From the NCBI GenBank assembly GCA_013044195.1, contig JABEUV010000011.1, forward strand, positions 10,577 to 74,576: a stretch of 64,000 nucleotides of DNA, read 5' to 3'. How positions within the stretch are numbered: position 1 is the stretch's first letter; each line of letters opens with the position of its first letter. The DNA is from Elusimicrobiota bacterium. GTDB taxonomy: Bacteria > Elusimicrobiota > Elusimicrobia > UBA1565 > UBA9628. Of this stretch, positions 47,703 through 56,788 are shown piece after piece. The position numbers were made by a program, and so were the translations under genes. The notes below the pieces were generated by a model that saw only the letters and a list, made by a program, of their open reading frames with translations, was not told the DNA's origin and did not search any database.

Positions 47703-48643
47703 GCCAAAAAGTCTGCGCGCTGTTCGCCGGCCAGTCCGTCCAAGAAACCGGCATGGGCGTCGAATTGCTCAAGCGCCCCACCGCGCGCGCCGTCATCGAG
47801 CGCCTGAAGCCCTCCCTCGGCCAAGACCTGGAGGCCTTGCTGACGACGACGCCCGACGACGACCTGGCCAAGACCTTCAACGCCCAGCGCGCCATTCACG
47901 CCTCCCACGTGGCGCATTGGCTGACTTGGCGCGCGGCTCATCCGGAAGCGGAGCTTGACGGCGCGATCGGGCATTCGATGGGCGTGGTCGCGGCCCTGGT
48001 CGCCGCCGAGGCGCTCACCGTCGAGGACTCCGGCGTCTTCATCGCCGCCCGCGCGAAGGCCTTCGCGGACTGCTGTGCGGCGTTCTCCGAGCCCATGGGC
48101 CTGGCCGCGGTGAGCGCCGACGACTTCAACGAGGTCGCGCAGTCCGTCAATGAGGTCCCCGGGGTTTCCGTCGCTCTGTGGAACACCGTGGGCCGAGGCA
48201 CGCTCGGAGGCACGCTCGCGGCGCTGGAGGCCTATGCCGCCAAGGCGCGCGACGAGGACTGGCCGGTCAAGGTCAAGATATTGAAGGTGGAAGGCCCCTA
48301 TCACACCGCCGCCTTCGCGCCCGCGCAGGTCCCCCTGGGCGCCGTGCTGGCGCGACTGGACGTCCGGCCGCCGAAGGTCCCCGTGTTCATGGGCACCTCC
48401 GGCAGCGCGGAGACGGACCCGGCGCGCATCAAGGAACTGCTGGCCGAGCAAACCGTCGCCTGCGAACGGCATCTCGACGCGGTACGCGCGGCCTACGCCG
48501 CGGGATGCCGAAACTTCGTCGAGGTGTCCTTCAAACCCCAGCCCGTGACCTGGCTGGCGGAGCAGTTGATCGGCGAGGACGGCGCGAAACTGCCCGGCGT
48601 CGAGGGCCGCGCCGTTCCCACCTCGGAACTCCAGGCAGGATGA
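47699..48643 (+). CDS. Malonyl-CoA:ACP transacylase-like acyltransferase (FabD-like AT)
   Basis: ALFAGQSVQETGMG and GHSMGVVAAL (GHSxG). ATGA-coupled to the hydrolase gene. Confidence 0.7.
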   Translation: MSQKVCALFAGQSVQETGMGVELLKRPTARAVIERLKPSLGQDLEALLTTTPDDDLAKTFNAQRAIHASHVAHWLTWRAAHPEAELDGAIGHSMGVVAALVAAEALTVEDSGVFIAARAKAFADCCAAFSEPMGLAAVSADDFNEVAQSVNEVPGVSVALWNTVGRGTLGGTLAALEAYAAKARDEDWPVKVKILKVEGPYHTAAFAPAQVPLGAVLARLDVRPPKVPVFMGTSGSAETDPARIKELLAEQTVACERHLDAVRAAYAAGCRNFVEVSFKPQPVTWLAEQLIGEDGAKLPGVEGRAVPTSELQAG

Positions 48644-49436
48644 TCGACATCATATGGATGATTCGGCTCTCCCAGCCCCGTAAATCCAGAACGCGGCCGA
48701 CAAGACGCACGGGCTCGCCGTAGCTGTCGCGGCACTTGATGGCGTAAATCGGCTGCTCGGCCGGATAGCTCGCCTCGATACGCCCGCAAAACTCACCGAA
48801 CCTGCCTCGGGAAACTATTGTGTCTACGCCGAAGAGGATGACGGGCATTTCTGGAGCAAGAACTTTCGGATTGTTGACGGTTTCGTCGGCGTTGCAGACG
48901 AGAAATCCATTCGATAAGACCCCCATCAAGTCGCTGGCCTCCACGAGAATATGGTCGACGGCCGACACCCCGGGAAGAACGCGGCACTCGTAACCGTTCT
49001 TTCGGCAGTAATTCAGGACATGCAAGCCGTCGCTGAAGACGGCCGGGTGTCCATAGGTCACATATGTCACTTTCTTGCCCTTCTTCAATTCGACGCAGAT
49101 GTCGCGAGCGACGCTTTTGATCTTCTCCTCGTTGCCGAGGGACTCGAATTTCGCGCCATGGAACAAACGAACGTCGACGCAGAAAGTCCGAAGAAACGGC
49201 AGCAACCGCTCTCCGTCTCCGTGCATATAGAAAAGAATCTCGCTGTCCTTGAGCGCCTGGATCGTCCCCAACGTGACATCTTGAGGCCGATCAATTCCCA
49301 CGCCGCATACGGTCAAACATCCGCCCGCGACCGCCGCCTTCGGATTGGACGCGCGCACTCGCCGACTCACAGCAGAAACCCCATGACGTTCTCTCCCTTC
49401 ATGACCCACGCCAGAAAAAATCCAAGAAAAATCCAA
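48531..49436 (-). CDS. Tetrapyrrole-methylase-superfamily SAM-dependent methyltransferase (start uncertain; a GTG near 49358 is possible)
   Basis: N-terminal CLTVCGVGIDRPQDVTLGTIQALKDSEILFY (GxGxGxxD..LT..A...L..AD.(L)Y) and a second motif VTYVTYGHPAVFSDG. 3' end overlaps the FabD-like gene on the opposite strand. Lower GC than neighbouring genes. Confidence 0.45.
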   Translation of the reverse strand: MDFSWIFSGVGHEGRERHGVSAVSRRVRASNPKAAVAGGCLTVCGVGIDRPQDVTLGTIQALKDSEILFYMHGDGERLLPFLRTFCVDVRLFHGAKFESLGNEEKIKSVARDICVELKKGKKVTYVTYGHPAVFSDGLHVLNYCRKNGYECRVLPGVSAVDHILVEASDLMGVLSNGFLVCNADETVNNPKVLAPEMPVILFGVDTIVSRGRFGEFCGRIEASYPAEQPIYAIKCRDSYGEPVRLVGRVLDLRGWESRIIHMMSIILPGVPRWERRGPRRRAVSRRPRRSTAPPARSRAGV

Positions 49437-50755
49437 AAAGCGAACGAAATAGTCGGAGTCAACGGTATCATTTCGACGCCGTTACGGGCGCACCATTCCT
49501 GGAGCGCCTGCGCTTGGCTGGGCGTCAATCCATCCGCATAGAGGCGCGAAAAATGCTCCTCGAAGAATTCGGCGTCCTGCCGCAGACGTTCGATAAAGCC
49601 GGGCGCCAACACGGAATACGACGAGACTTCGCCGATGGCGCTCGGGAGAACTTCATGGTCCCAAAGGCGGACCAGGACCAAGCTCAATCCAAAAAATACC
49701 CCCATCGCGGCAAGCGCCAGAATCGTGCGCTCGACGGCATAAGGAACGGCGATGACCCGCATCACCGCCGCGCACGCCCCGCCCAGAAGCGGCAGCGCGA
49801 TCGTCAAGACGGAAGCGGCGCCGACGCTGCCCGTCAAGACCAGCATCGTCCACCGCGTGCCCAATTGGATGAACATGCTGAATATCGAGAGATCGAGTAA
49901 TATCCGCCACACATCCATCCAATGCGTCGGCGGACGAATAACGACCAACGCGACGCCCAAGACCCCGAGGAGCAACCGGCAATAATTGGCCCCGATCACT
50001 ACGGAAAGTCGGTTCCATAAGACGAATACGACCCCCCAAAACATGGTGAAGAGTATCGGCGAGCTAAAGAAGCCTTTTAAGTAATAGGAAAACAGCGACA
50101 GGGCGAGCATCTGCAGCCCCTGCAGAGCCGCAAAGCCCGCGAAAGCGCCCGGCTGTGCCGCGATCGAACGAATGGATCGAGCCGCTTTTATGCGCCAGGA
50201 CTCGGGCGTACCGATTGCTTCGCGCAGGCTGTCGTAAATAAAATGAACTGCTTTTCCCCATCCCAACTGAATAAAAAAATGGCGTCGATGGCTCAGGCGC
50301 GTTGAATAAACATAATGCAGCGCCCTCAGGAAGACCGCGATGCTCGCCGGGATAAACGTGTTGATCAGCGCGATCAGAAACAACCGCCGCCCATAACTAG
50401 GCCCCCCCAAAGTCGTCAGCGGGTACAAGGCGGCAAGCAGAAGAAATAATTTCGCATCGCCCGCGGGCCAGACGCCGAACCACCATAAAGCGCCCGCCGC
50501 CGTCGCGCATAGAAAAACATTCGACAAGGCCTCCCGGTAAAATATTCCTCGGGGGAACACCTCGATCCAGCGCAATCCGCCGAGGATGCTCATCACCAGC
50601 AGGATCAAATACGCGCACGCGATGATCCTGGCGCTGGAACGCAGGAATTGATTGCGTATTTTTTGATGGGTGTAGTCGTTCCAACCCACCACGATCCAAA
50701 GATAAAAGAAAAAGGCGGCCATCGCGGCCTGTACGGCCGTCAATGCGGCGCTCAT
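49367..50755 (-). CDS. Polytopic membrane protein with prepilin-peptidase (A24)-like GDAKL motif, function unknown
   Basis: About 12 hydrophobic helices. WWFGVWPAGDAKLFLLLAALYP resembles the second catalytic-Asp motif (GGDVKL) of type IV prepilin peptidases. Start set at Met 50755 (ATGA-coupled to the upstream TPR gene). Lower-GC gene. Confidence 0.4.
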   Translation of the reverse strand: MSAALTAVQAAMAAFFFYLWIVVGWNDYTHQKIRNQFLRSSARIIACAYLILLVMSILGGLRWIEVFPRGIFYREALSNVFLCATAAGALWWFGVWPAGDAKLFLLLAALYPLTTLGGPSYGRRLFLIALINTFIPASIAVFLRALHYVYSTRLSHRRHFFIQLGWGKAVHFIYDSLREAIGTPESWRIKAARSIRSIAAQPGAFAGFAALQGLQMLALSLFSYYLKGFFSSPILFTMFWGVVFVLWNRLSVVIGANYCRLLLGVLGVALVVIRPPTHWMDVWRILLDLSIFSMFIQLGTRWTMLVLTGSVGAASVLTIALPLLGGACAAVMRVIAVPYAVERTILALAAMGVFFGLSLVLVRLWDHEVLPSAIGEVSSYSVLAPGFIERLRQDAEFFEEHFSRLYADGLTPSQAQALQEWCARNGVEMIPLTPTISFAFWIFLGFFLAWVMKGENVMGFLL

Positions 50756-53700
50756 GCGGCCAAACGCGACTCGCCTGCAAAGAGGCCTGGAGCGACGCTC
50801 ATCGCCCGCTCCCTGTATTTTGCGGCGGCGCTTGCGCGCCGCAGCTTCTCCAGGCACGCCGACGCGCCGATCAGCGCCCACGGATCCGCGGCGTCCAGCG
50901 ACAGCGCCTTCATAAACGACGATAAGGCCGGCCGCCAACGCTTTTGTTCGCAGTAGGCCCGCCCTTGCCACGTCCACGCATCTTGATAAGCGTCATGGGC
51001 GCCGAGGACTTGCGCGAATTCCGCGAGCGCTCCGCGGACGTCCCCACGAACCAGCTTCAGTTCGCCCAGCCACGCGCGCGCCCAGTAACAGTCGGCGTCG
51101 AGCTCGACGGCATGATCCAAATCGCGCCGCGCGGCCTCCCAGCGTTCTCTCTTTCGATGAATTCCTCCGCGCCACGCATAAACCCAGGCGTAGCGGGAAT
51201 CTCGCCAAACATGAGGCGGATCCGCTCCGAGAAAATCATAAGCGCAGGAGCAGTTCCCATCAAGTTTGACGGCGCGCCGCACCAGGTCGAAACCGGCTTT
51301 GATTCGTCCCAGTTCGCGGTTGATCTCCCCGCAAAGCGCGACGGCCCAGGCGCACGTCGGCTCAAGATCGATCGCCGCGCGCGCGGCCGCCTCGGCCTCC
51401 CGCAGACGCCCGTCCCTGCGCAGCGCGTCGGCCTCCCAGCCGCGGGCTTTGGCGTCGCTCGGGTCGAGACGCGCTGCCCGACGAAAATCCAACAATGCGC
51501 CCGCGCTGTCCCCATTCTGCCGGTGCGCCTTCCCCCGAACGACATAGGCCCACGCAAGCTCCGGCTGCGCCGCGATGGCGTCCGTCGCCGAGGCAACCGC
51601 CTCGGGAAGGCGTCCGAGATTACGAAGCGCTTCGCTCGCGAGCATGTGGGCGGGCGCGGGGTCATCCGGTCTCAGTTTCAAGGCCGACAGCGCGTCATCC
51701 AAGGCGCCACTGAAATCGCCTGAAATACGGCGGCCCGCCCCGCGCTTGCACCAAAGATCGGGCCGTCGCGGCGAAAGTTCGAGCAGGCGATCAAGATCGG
51801 CGACATGCTTGTCATAGTCGCCCGAGCAGCGGTAGGCCTCCGCGCGAAAGCGCAGGGCTTCTTCGCAACTACCGTCGACGCGAAGGATTTCATCGCAGGT
51901 CGCCGCCGCCTCCAAATGAAGCCCATTTTCCGCCGACCGGCGAACGTGCCGCAGGGCTTTCAAGACCAAATCGGCAGACGCCGCCGCGCCCAGCTTGGCG
52001 AACCTCCGCGCGACGCGCAGTTCCTCCCGCGTCAAGCGATCCGCCCCGCTCAATGCCTGCGCGAAATTCGAACGCGCCTCTCCCCATCGTCCCTCGCGTT
52101 CGTTCAGGACTCCAAGCCGGAAGTTGACGCGCGGATCGTCTCGTTGCGCCGCGAGCGCCCGCTCCAAATCCTCTCGAACACCGACGTCGTTATTGCATCG
52201 CTGCCGCAGAGCCGCGCGCGCAAGCATGGCGGCGACATGATTGCGGTCGATGGCCAATGAAGCCCCGAAGTCCTCCTCGGCCTCTTTTGCCAAGCCCAGG
52301 CGATCTTCGGCTTCCCCTTTCCAAAGGAAAATCCATGACGTCATTCGATTCAATTCGACGGCGCGCCTCAAGTCCGTCAGCGCGCCGGCCGAGTCCCCTA
52401 AAAGATGGCGAGCGCGGCCGCGCCACGCATAAGCGTAGGCATACGAAGGCTCAAGCCTCAACGCTCGATCGCAATCCTTGAGAGCGCGTCTTATCGATCC
52501 CAATTCCAGCAACGCGCCGCCTCGCCAAGCCCGCACCCAGCCCAGTCCTCCGTCAAGCGCGAGCGCTCGATCCATATCCGCGACGGCGCCCGCGTAATCG
52601 GCTTTCCGGAGTTTAGCCTCGCCTCGCCATGCCCACGCCCACGAGTTTCGCGGGTGGGCTCGTATTTCCTCGTCCAATTGCGCCGACGCGGCTGCGAACT
52701 GATCGGGCGTGCCGCCGCACCAAGAATATTTCGGATCAAGGCGATGGGCCGCCTCTAATTTTTCCAGAGCCGCGCCGACGTCGCCGAGCTGGCGAAGCGC
52801 GAGGGATTGTTCTTGGAGCGTCCAAGCATGCCGGGGGTCCAAAGACGAAGCCAGCGCAAAGTCGACCAGCGCCTGCGCGGGCCGGCCCAAACCCCTTTTT
52901 GCGCCGCCGCGCCACGCATAACCCAGTTCGTAGTCCGGGTCAAGCCGCAAGCCTCGATTCAAATCGCAAAGTGCTCCCTTCTGATCGCCCCGCAGCCGCT
53001 TGATCTCGCCGCGCCAACAGAGTATCCAGCCGCATGAAGGCTTCAGCAACACCGCCCTGTTCACCGCTTCCATCGCCGCCGACGAGTCGCCCTGCATCAA
53101 CCGCGAGCGCGAAAGATACGCCCAGCCGTAGGCGCAGTCCGGCTTGAGCTCCACCGCCTTCTCCAGATCCCGTCGCCCGCCGTTTTGGTCGTTGACCTCC
53201 GGCGCGCGCTTGTAATCGCCGCGGTACACATACATCCAATATGCGCGCGGATGCCGCGCCAAATAGCGCGACACCGCCATGATTTTCTCCGCGACGGTGA
53301 CCGCTCCGGAGCTTCGGCCTCCGGCGTTCTGAAAATAACCGACTCCTTCGTCGGCATAAACGGCGCTTTCGCAATCGGAAAGATATCCGCGCAGATCGCC
53401 GCGCTCGATGCGGCAGGCGCTTCGAAACGCAAGCAAGAACGCGGTGTCGGGCTCCTCGGCGAGCGCCCGGTCGAAATAGCCCTCCGCCTGTTTTCTCTCG
53501 CCCGCGTTGTAAAGCGCCATGCCCGCGGCGACCAGGGCCGGAACGCAGCGCGAATCAATTTCCAGGGCCTTCTGCAAATCAGCCAGCGGCCGGCGGACGT
53601 CTGCGGAACGGGCGTCCATGAATTCCACGGTTTTCGCGATTCCTCGGAAAGCCCGCCACAGAGCCCGGCGGGGCGCCAGCGCGATCGCCCGGTCTATGCC

Positions 53701-54045
53701 GTCGTACGACCGAGAGGCTCCAGGTTCGCACGGCTCCGCGGTCCAACGCCATGCCCACGCCGCGTCGCAGCCGCGATCCAAGCGCAACGCCGCGTCGAAT
53801 TCCCTCCGGGCTTCGCGGGCGCGTCCCAAATAATGAAGGATCCGCGCTCGCGCGACGCATTCCTCCGCGGACGATCCGCGCGAACGCTCGAGGGCGCGCT
53901 CATAGCGCGGTCGATAGCGGACCCCGTGACGCCGCAGAATATAGCGCGAGGAGCGCGACACCAGCTTCGACTGCCAGAGCGCGATGAGGCGATCAGCCCC
54001 CAGCTCGCGCAGGAGCGCCGCAGCACTCGATCCCATTTCAGCCAT
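50752..54045 (-). CDS. Giant TPR-repeat protein (~1100 aa, WRG-type TPR family)
   Basis: More than 20 TPR-like 34-aa units with a recurring AWAWRGEAK...A..D..RALALDP pattern. Start trimmed to Met 54045 to avoid overlap with the radical SAM gene. Confidence 0.75.
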   Translation of the reverse strand: MAEMGSSAAALLRELGADRLIALWQSKLVSRSSRYILRRHGVRYRPRYERALERSRGSSAEECVARARILHYLGRAREARREFDAALRLDRGCDAAWAWRWTAEPCEPGASRSYDGIDRAIALAPRRALWRAFRGIAKTVEFMDARSADVRRPLADLQKALEIDSRCVPALVAAGMALYNAGERKQAEGYFDRALAEEPDTAFLLAFRSACRIERGDLRGYLSDCESAVYADEGVGYFQNAGGRSSGAVTVAEKIMAVSRYLARHPRAYWMYVYRGDYKRAPEVNDQNGGRRDLEKAVELKPDCAYGWAYLSRSRLMQGDSSAAMEAVNRAVLLKPSCGWILCWRGEIKRLRGDQKGALCDLNRGLRLDPDYELGYAWRGGAKRGLGRPAQALVDFALASSLDPRHAWTLQEQSLALRQLGDVGAALEKLEAAHRLDPKYSWCGGTPDQFAAASAQLDEEIRAHPRNSWAWAWRGEAKLRKADYAGAVADMDRALALDGGLGWVRAWRGGALLELGSIRRALKDCDRALRLEPSYAYAYAWRGRARHLLGDSAGALTDLRRAVELNRMTSWIFLWKGEAEDRLGLAKEAEEDFGASLAIDRNHVAAMLARAALRQRCNNDVGVREDLERALAAQRDDPRVNFRLGVLNEREGRWGEARSNFAQALSGADRLTREELRVARRFAKLGAAASADLVLKALRHVRRSAENGLHLEAAATCDEILRVDGSCEEALRFRAEAYRCSGDYDKHVADLDRLLELSPRRPDLWCKRGAGRRISGDFSGALDDALSALKLRPDDPAPAHMLASEALRNLGRLPEAVASATDAIAAQPELAWAYVVRGKAHRQNGDSAGALLDFRRAARLDPSDAKARGWEADALRRDGRLREAEAAARAAIDLEPTCAWAVALCGEINRELGRIKAGFDLVRRAVKLDGNCSCAYDFLGADPPHVWRDSRYAWVYAWRGGIHRKRERWEAARRDLDHAVELDADCYWARAWLGELKLVRGDVRGALAEFAQVLGAHDAYQDAWTWQGRAYCEQKRWRPALSSFMKALSLDAADPWALIGASACLEKLRRASAAAKYRERAMSVAPGLFAGESRLAA

Positions 54046-54053
54046 CGCGCCTA

Positions 54054-55049
54054 TCAGCCGTCCCGCAGAAGGCGCCGCCGCAGGGCGTCGGCCGACTTCC
54101 GACTGGGACGCAGCTCGCCGTCGCCGTGGAGAAGTACGTAGTCGCGCCGCGGCCCCGGGCAGAGTTCCACAAGCGTACAGCCCGTGCAGCGCGGGGTCTG
54201 GGCCTTCTCGTTGATGTAGCGCCGCTCGAGGCGCGCAAGCTTCCATGCGTCGATCGAGTCCTCCTCGAAACCCGGGGTCGCGCACAGCGGGAAACCGTCG
54301 GTCATGAAGCGGATGCCGCAGCGGCGCAGCCGGGCCCACGACTCCAGAAGATAAGGCTCCATGTCGGTCAGCGTCGGCACCAGGAATTTTCTCTGCTTGA
54401 CGTAGCCGAGGACCTTCACGATGTTGAATTCGACGAAGAAAATGCCCGGGAACTCCTCCCGAACGAACCGCGCGTAGTCGGGCATGATCTTGTAATTGAA
54501 CTTATTGACGACGACGTGCAGGCGGACCTTCGCGCCGCCCGCCGTTTCGATCAGATTCTTGACCGCCTTCACGCGCCGGTGAAAGTATCCCCGCGTCTGG
54601 GTGATCGCGTCGTAGAGACGGTCTATGTGCGCCGGGAAATTCACGTTAAAGACGTCAAGGCCGGCCGTGACGAGCTCTTCGATGCGATCCGTGTTCTCGA
54701 ACACCGCCGCGTTCGTGCACAGAACGGTCTCGCGCACGCCGTTTTCCTTCGCAAAGCGCACCCATTTCGGCAGGTCCTTCGAAAGCGTCGGCTCGCCCCC
54801 CTCGAAGGAGATCGTGTGCTTGTTGGCCAGTATCAACCGGCGGATGTCGTCGTCCGAGGTGAGCCGGTATTCATTGACCGAGGAGCAGAAAACGCAATCG
54901 ATATTGCAATGCGTGTTCAGGTAAATGTTCGGGTCGGTCTCCGGATAATACCAATCCGGTTTCCCGCCCGACTCGTCGAGGGGAACACAGCGCTCGACAT
55001 GCTCAAGCGGGCCCCGAGTTCCGCCGCCGTCGCCGATTTTCTCGTTCAT
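54054..55049 (-). CDS. Radical SAM enzyme with C-terminal auxiliary Cys cluster (SPASM/twitch-like)
   Basis: CNIDCVFCSS (Cx3Cx2C). Glycine-rich ISFEGGEPT SAM-binding motif. C-terminal PLCATPG...RCTGCTLVELCPG Cys cluster. ATGA-coupled to the upstream TPR gene. Confidence 0.8.
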   Translation of the reverse strand: MNEKIGDGGGTRGPLEHVERCVPLDESGGKPDWYYPETDPNIYLNTHCNIDCVFCSSVNEYRLTSDDDIRRLILANKHTISFEGGEPTLSKDLPKWVRFAKENGVRETVLCTNAAVFENTDRIEELVTAGLDVFNVNFPAHIDRLYDAITQTRGYFHRRVKAVKNLIETAGGAKVRLHVVVNKFNYKIMPDYARFVREEFPGIFFVEFNIVKVLGYVKQRKFLVPTLTDMEPYLLESWARLRRCGIRFMTDGFPLCATPGFEEDSIDAWKLARLERRYINEKAQTPRCTGCTLVELCPGPRRDYVLLHGDGELRPSRKSADALRRRLLRDG

Positions 55050-56788
55050 GGCGCCCGCTCGCCGCCGCTTGGCCGCGAACCAACATAGTGTGCGCCTACG
55101 TCGGCCGAATTGCAAGGGTCTTCCATCCGGCCGCCGGACGCCGCGCTGCGGGCCTCCCGCCTCCAGGCAAGCCACTGCGCCGTACGCGGCCCGCGCAGGA
55201 ATCCTTCCTCCAAATCGGCCAGCCCGTCATCATAGTTGCCCGCGAGAAAACGAACCCTGCCCCGGTATGAGAAAAAGCCCCCCAGACCGGGGCCGATCCT
55301 CAGCGCCCTGGTAAAATCATAGTCGGCTCTTTCCAGATCGTTGACCTCGAGCCGCAGAACGCCGCTCCATGCCCAAAAAGTGGCCTTCTCTTTTTTTAGC
55401 GCCAAACACAAATCCATATCCTGCAAGGCCTCTTTCTTCCAGCCCATTTTCAGCCGAGCGCGCGCCCGCCGGCTGCGCGCCCACGCGTGATCCGGTGAAA
55501 TTCGGACGGCCTCATCCAAGTCTCGCAAGCCGTCGGCCGCACGGCTTTGATCTCCCTGCGACGACGTCGCGCCGCGGAAAGCAAGAGCCCACGCGTTGCC
55601 GGGATACGTCTCGACCAGGCGCTCCATGTCCTCATGCAGCGCCGTTTTTTCTCCCGCGGCGCAAGCACGCCTTCCATTTTTCAGCGTCGGGCTCCACAGC
55701 GTCGCGGGAGAAGCTGGGAAGGCTTTGTCGAAATCCTCGGCCGCCCGCGCGAAGCGTCCGGACTTCAGAAGCGCCTCCGCGCGTAGAAGATAAAAGTGCT
55801 CGTCAAAGAACTTTCTGCCCCTCGCCGCCCGCCGCAGGCACGCCAAAGCCTCGCCGACTCGCCATTGGGCGTTCAAGAGCCGCGCCTTCCACACGAGAGC
55901 GTTATAGTTTCCGGGCTGCGACCGCAACGTCCGATCCATCCAGCCGAGAGCCCCGGCATAATCGCCCCGCTTGCGTATCGTCTCTCCAATCCAGGCATTC
56001 AGGACGGACAAGCGCGAATCCATGCGCATCGCCCTTTTCATATCGTCGCAGGCGGACTGGAAAAGACCGGCCTTGCCGCGCTCGCGCCCGCGGCAAGCAT
56101 ACGCCCAAGCGCTCGAGGAGAATCTCTCGACCATCTCCCGGCAGACTTTCAGGGCCTCGTCGCCGCGCTGAAGTTCCGAGAACGTATCTCCGAGAAGCGA
56201 ATAGGCCCAGTCGTACGAGGGGTCGATCTCCAGCGTTCTTTGAAGATCCTTCATGCCCGCCTCTTCCTGGTCCAAGCTGTTCAAGAATTGCGACCGCCAT
56301 GCGTAGACGTCTCTATTTCCCGCATCGAGAATCTCCGCGGCCGCAAAATCGGACAACACAGCGCGGAATTCCGGCGCCAGCGGAAAGATCGAGGATCGAT
56401 GCCTCGCTTGACGCAAAGACACGAGCAACGCCCCGCGGGCGCGGGCTCTCCAGAGAAATCCCCAAGCCCAGCCGGGATCGAGACTCACGGCGCGCTCTCC
56501 GGCCGCCAGGGCGCGCCTTGTACGGAAAAACAGCAGCTCCACGGCGGCCTTCAAGCCCCAATACTCCGCCCGTCGGCGACTCGCCCGTCCGACCGAATCC
56601 AGAACCTTACTCAGCTTCAGGTAAAGCCTTGCGTCCGGCGAACCTCCGGATTGGAAGTGCCGCAAGGGATCGAAGCGAACCGCATGCTTCGCCGCGGAAT
56701 GATCGGCAACACCGGCGACATCAAGCACGCAGCCCAAACTGCGCTCAAAATCACCGTTGCGGGCGAATAGAAGCATCCGTTCGGTCAT
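55046..56788 (-). CDS. TPR-repeat protein (WRG-type family)
   Basis: Multiple TPR units (AYACRGRERGKAGLFQSACDDMKRAMRMD, WAWSGVLRLEVNDLERADYDFTRALRIGP). Start taken at Met 56788 adjacent to the Sel1 gene stop. Confidence 0.7.
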   Translation of the reverse strand: MTERMLLFARNGDFERSLGCVLDVAGVADHSAAKHAVRFDPLRHFQSGGSPDARLYLKLSKVLDSVGRASRRRAEYWGLKAAVELLFFRTRRALAAGERAVSLDPGWAWGFLWRARARGALLVSLRQARHRSSIFPLAPEFRAVLSDFAAAEILDAGNRDVYAWRSQFLNSLDQEEAGMKDLQRTLEIDPSYDWAYSLLGDTFSELQRGDEALKVCREMVERFSSSAWAYACRGRERGKAGLFQSACDDMKRAMRMDSRLSVLNAWIGETIRKRGDYAGALGWMDRTLRSQPGNYNALVWKARLLNAQWRVGEALACLRRAARGRKFFDEHFYLLRAEALLKSGRFARAAEDFDKAFPASPATLWSPTLKNGRRACAAGEKTALHEDMERLVETYPGNAWALAFRGATSSQGDQSRAADGLRDLDEAVRISPDHAWARSRRARARLKMGWKKEALQDMDLCLALKKEKATFWAWSGVLRLEVNDLERADYDFTRALRIGPGLGGFFSYRGRVRFLAGNYDDGLADLEEGFLRGPRTAQWLAWRREARSAASGGRMEDPCNSADVGAHYVGSRPSGGERAP

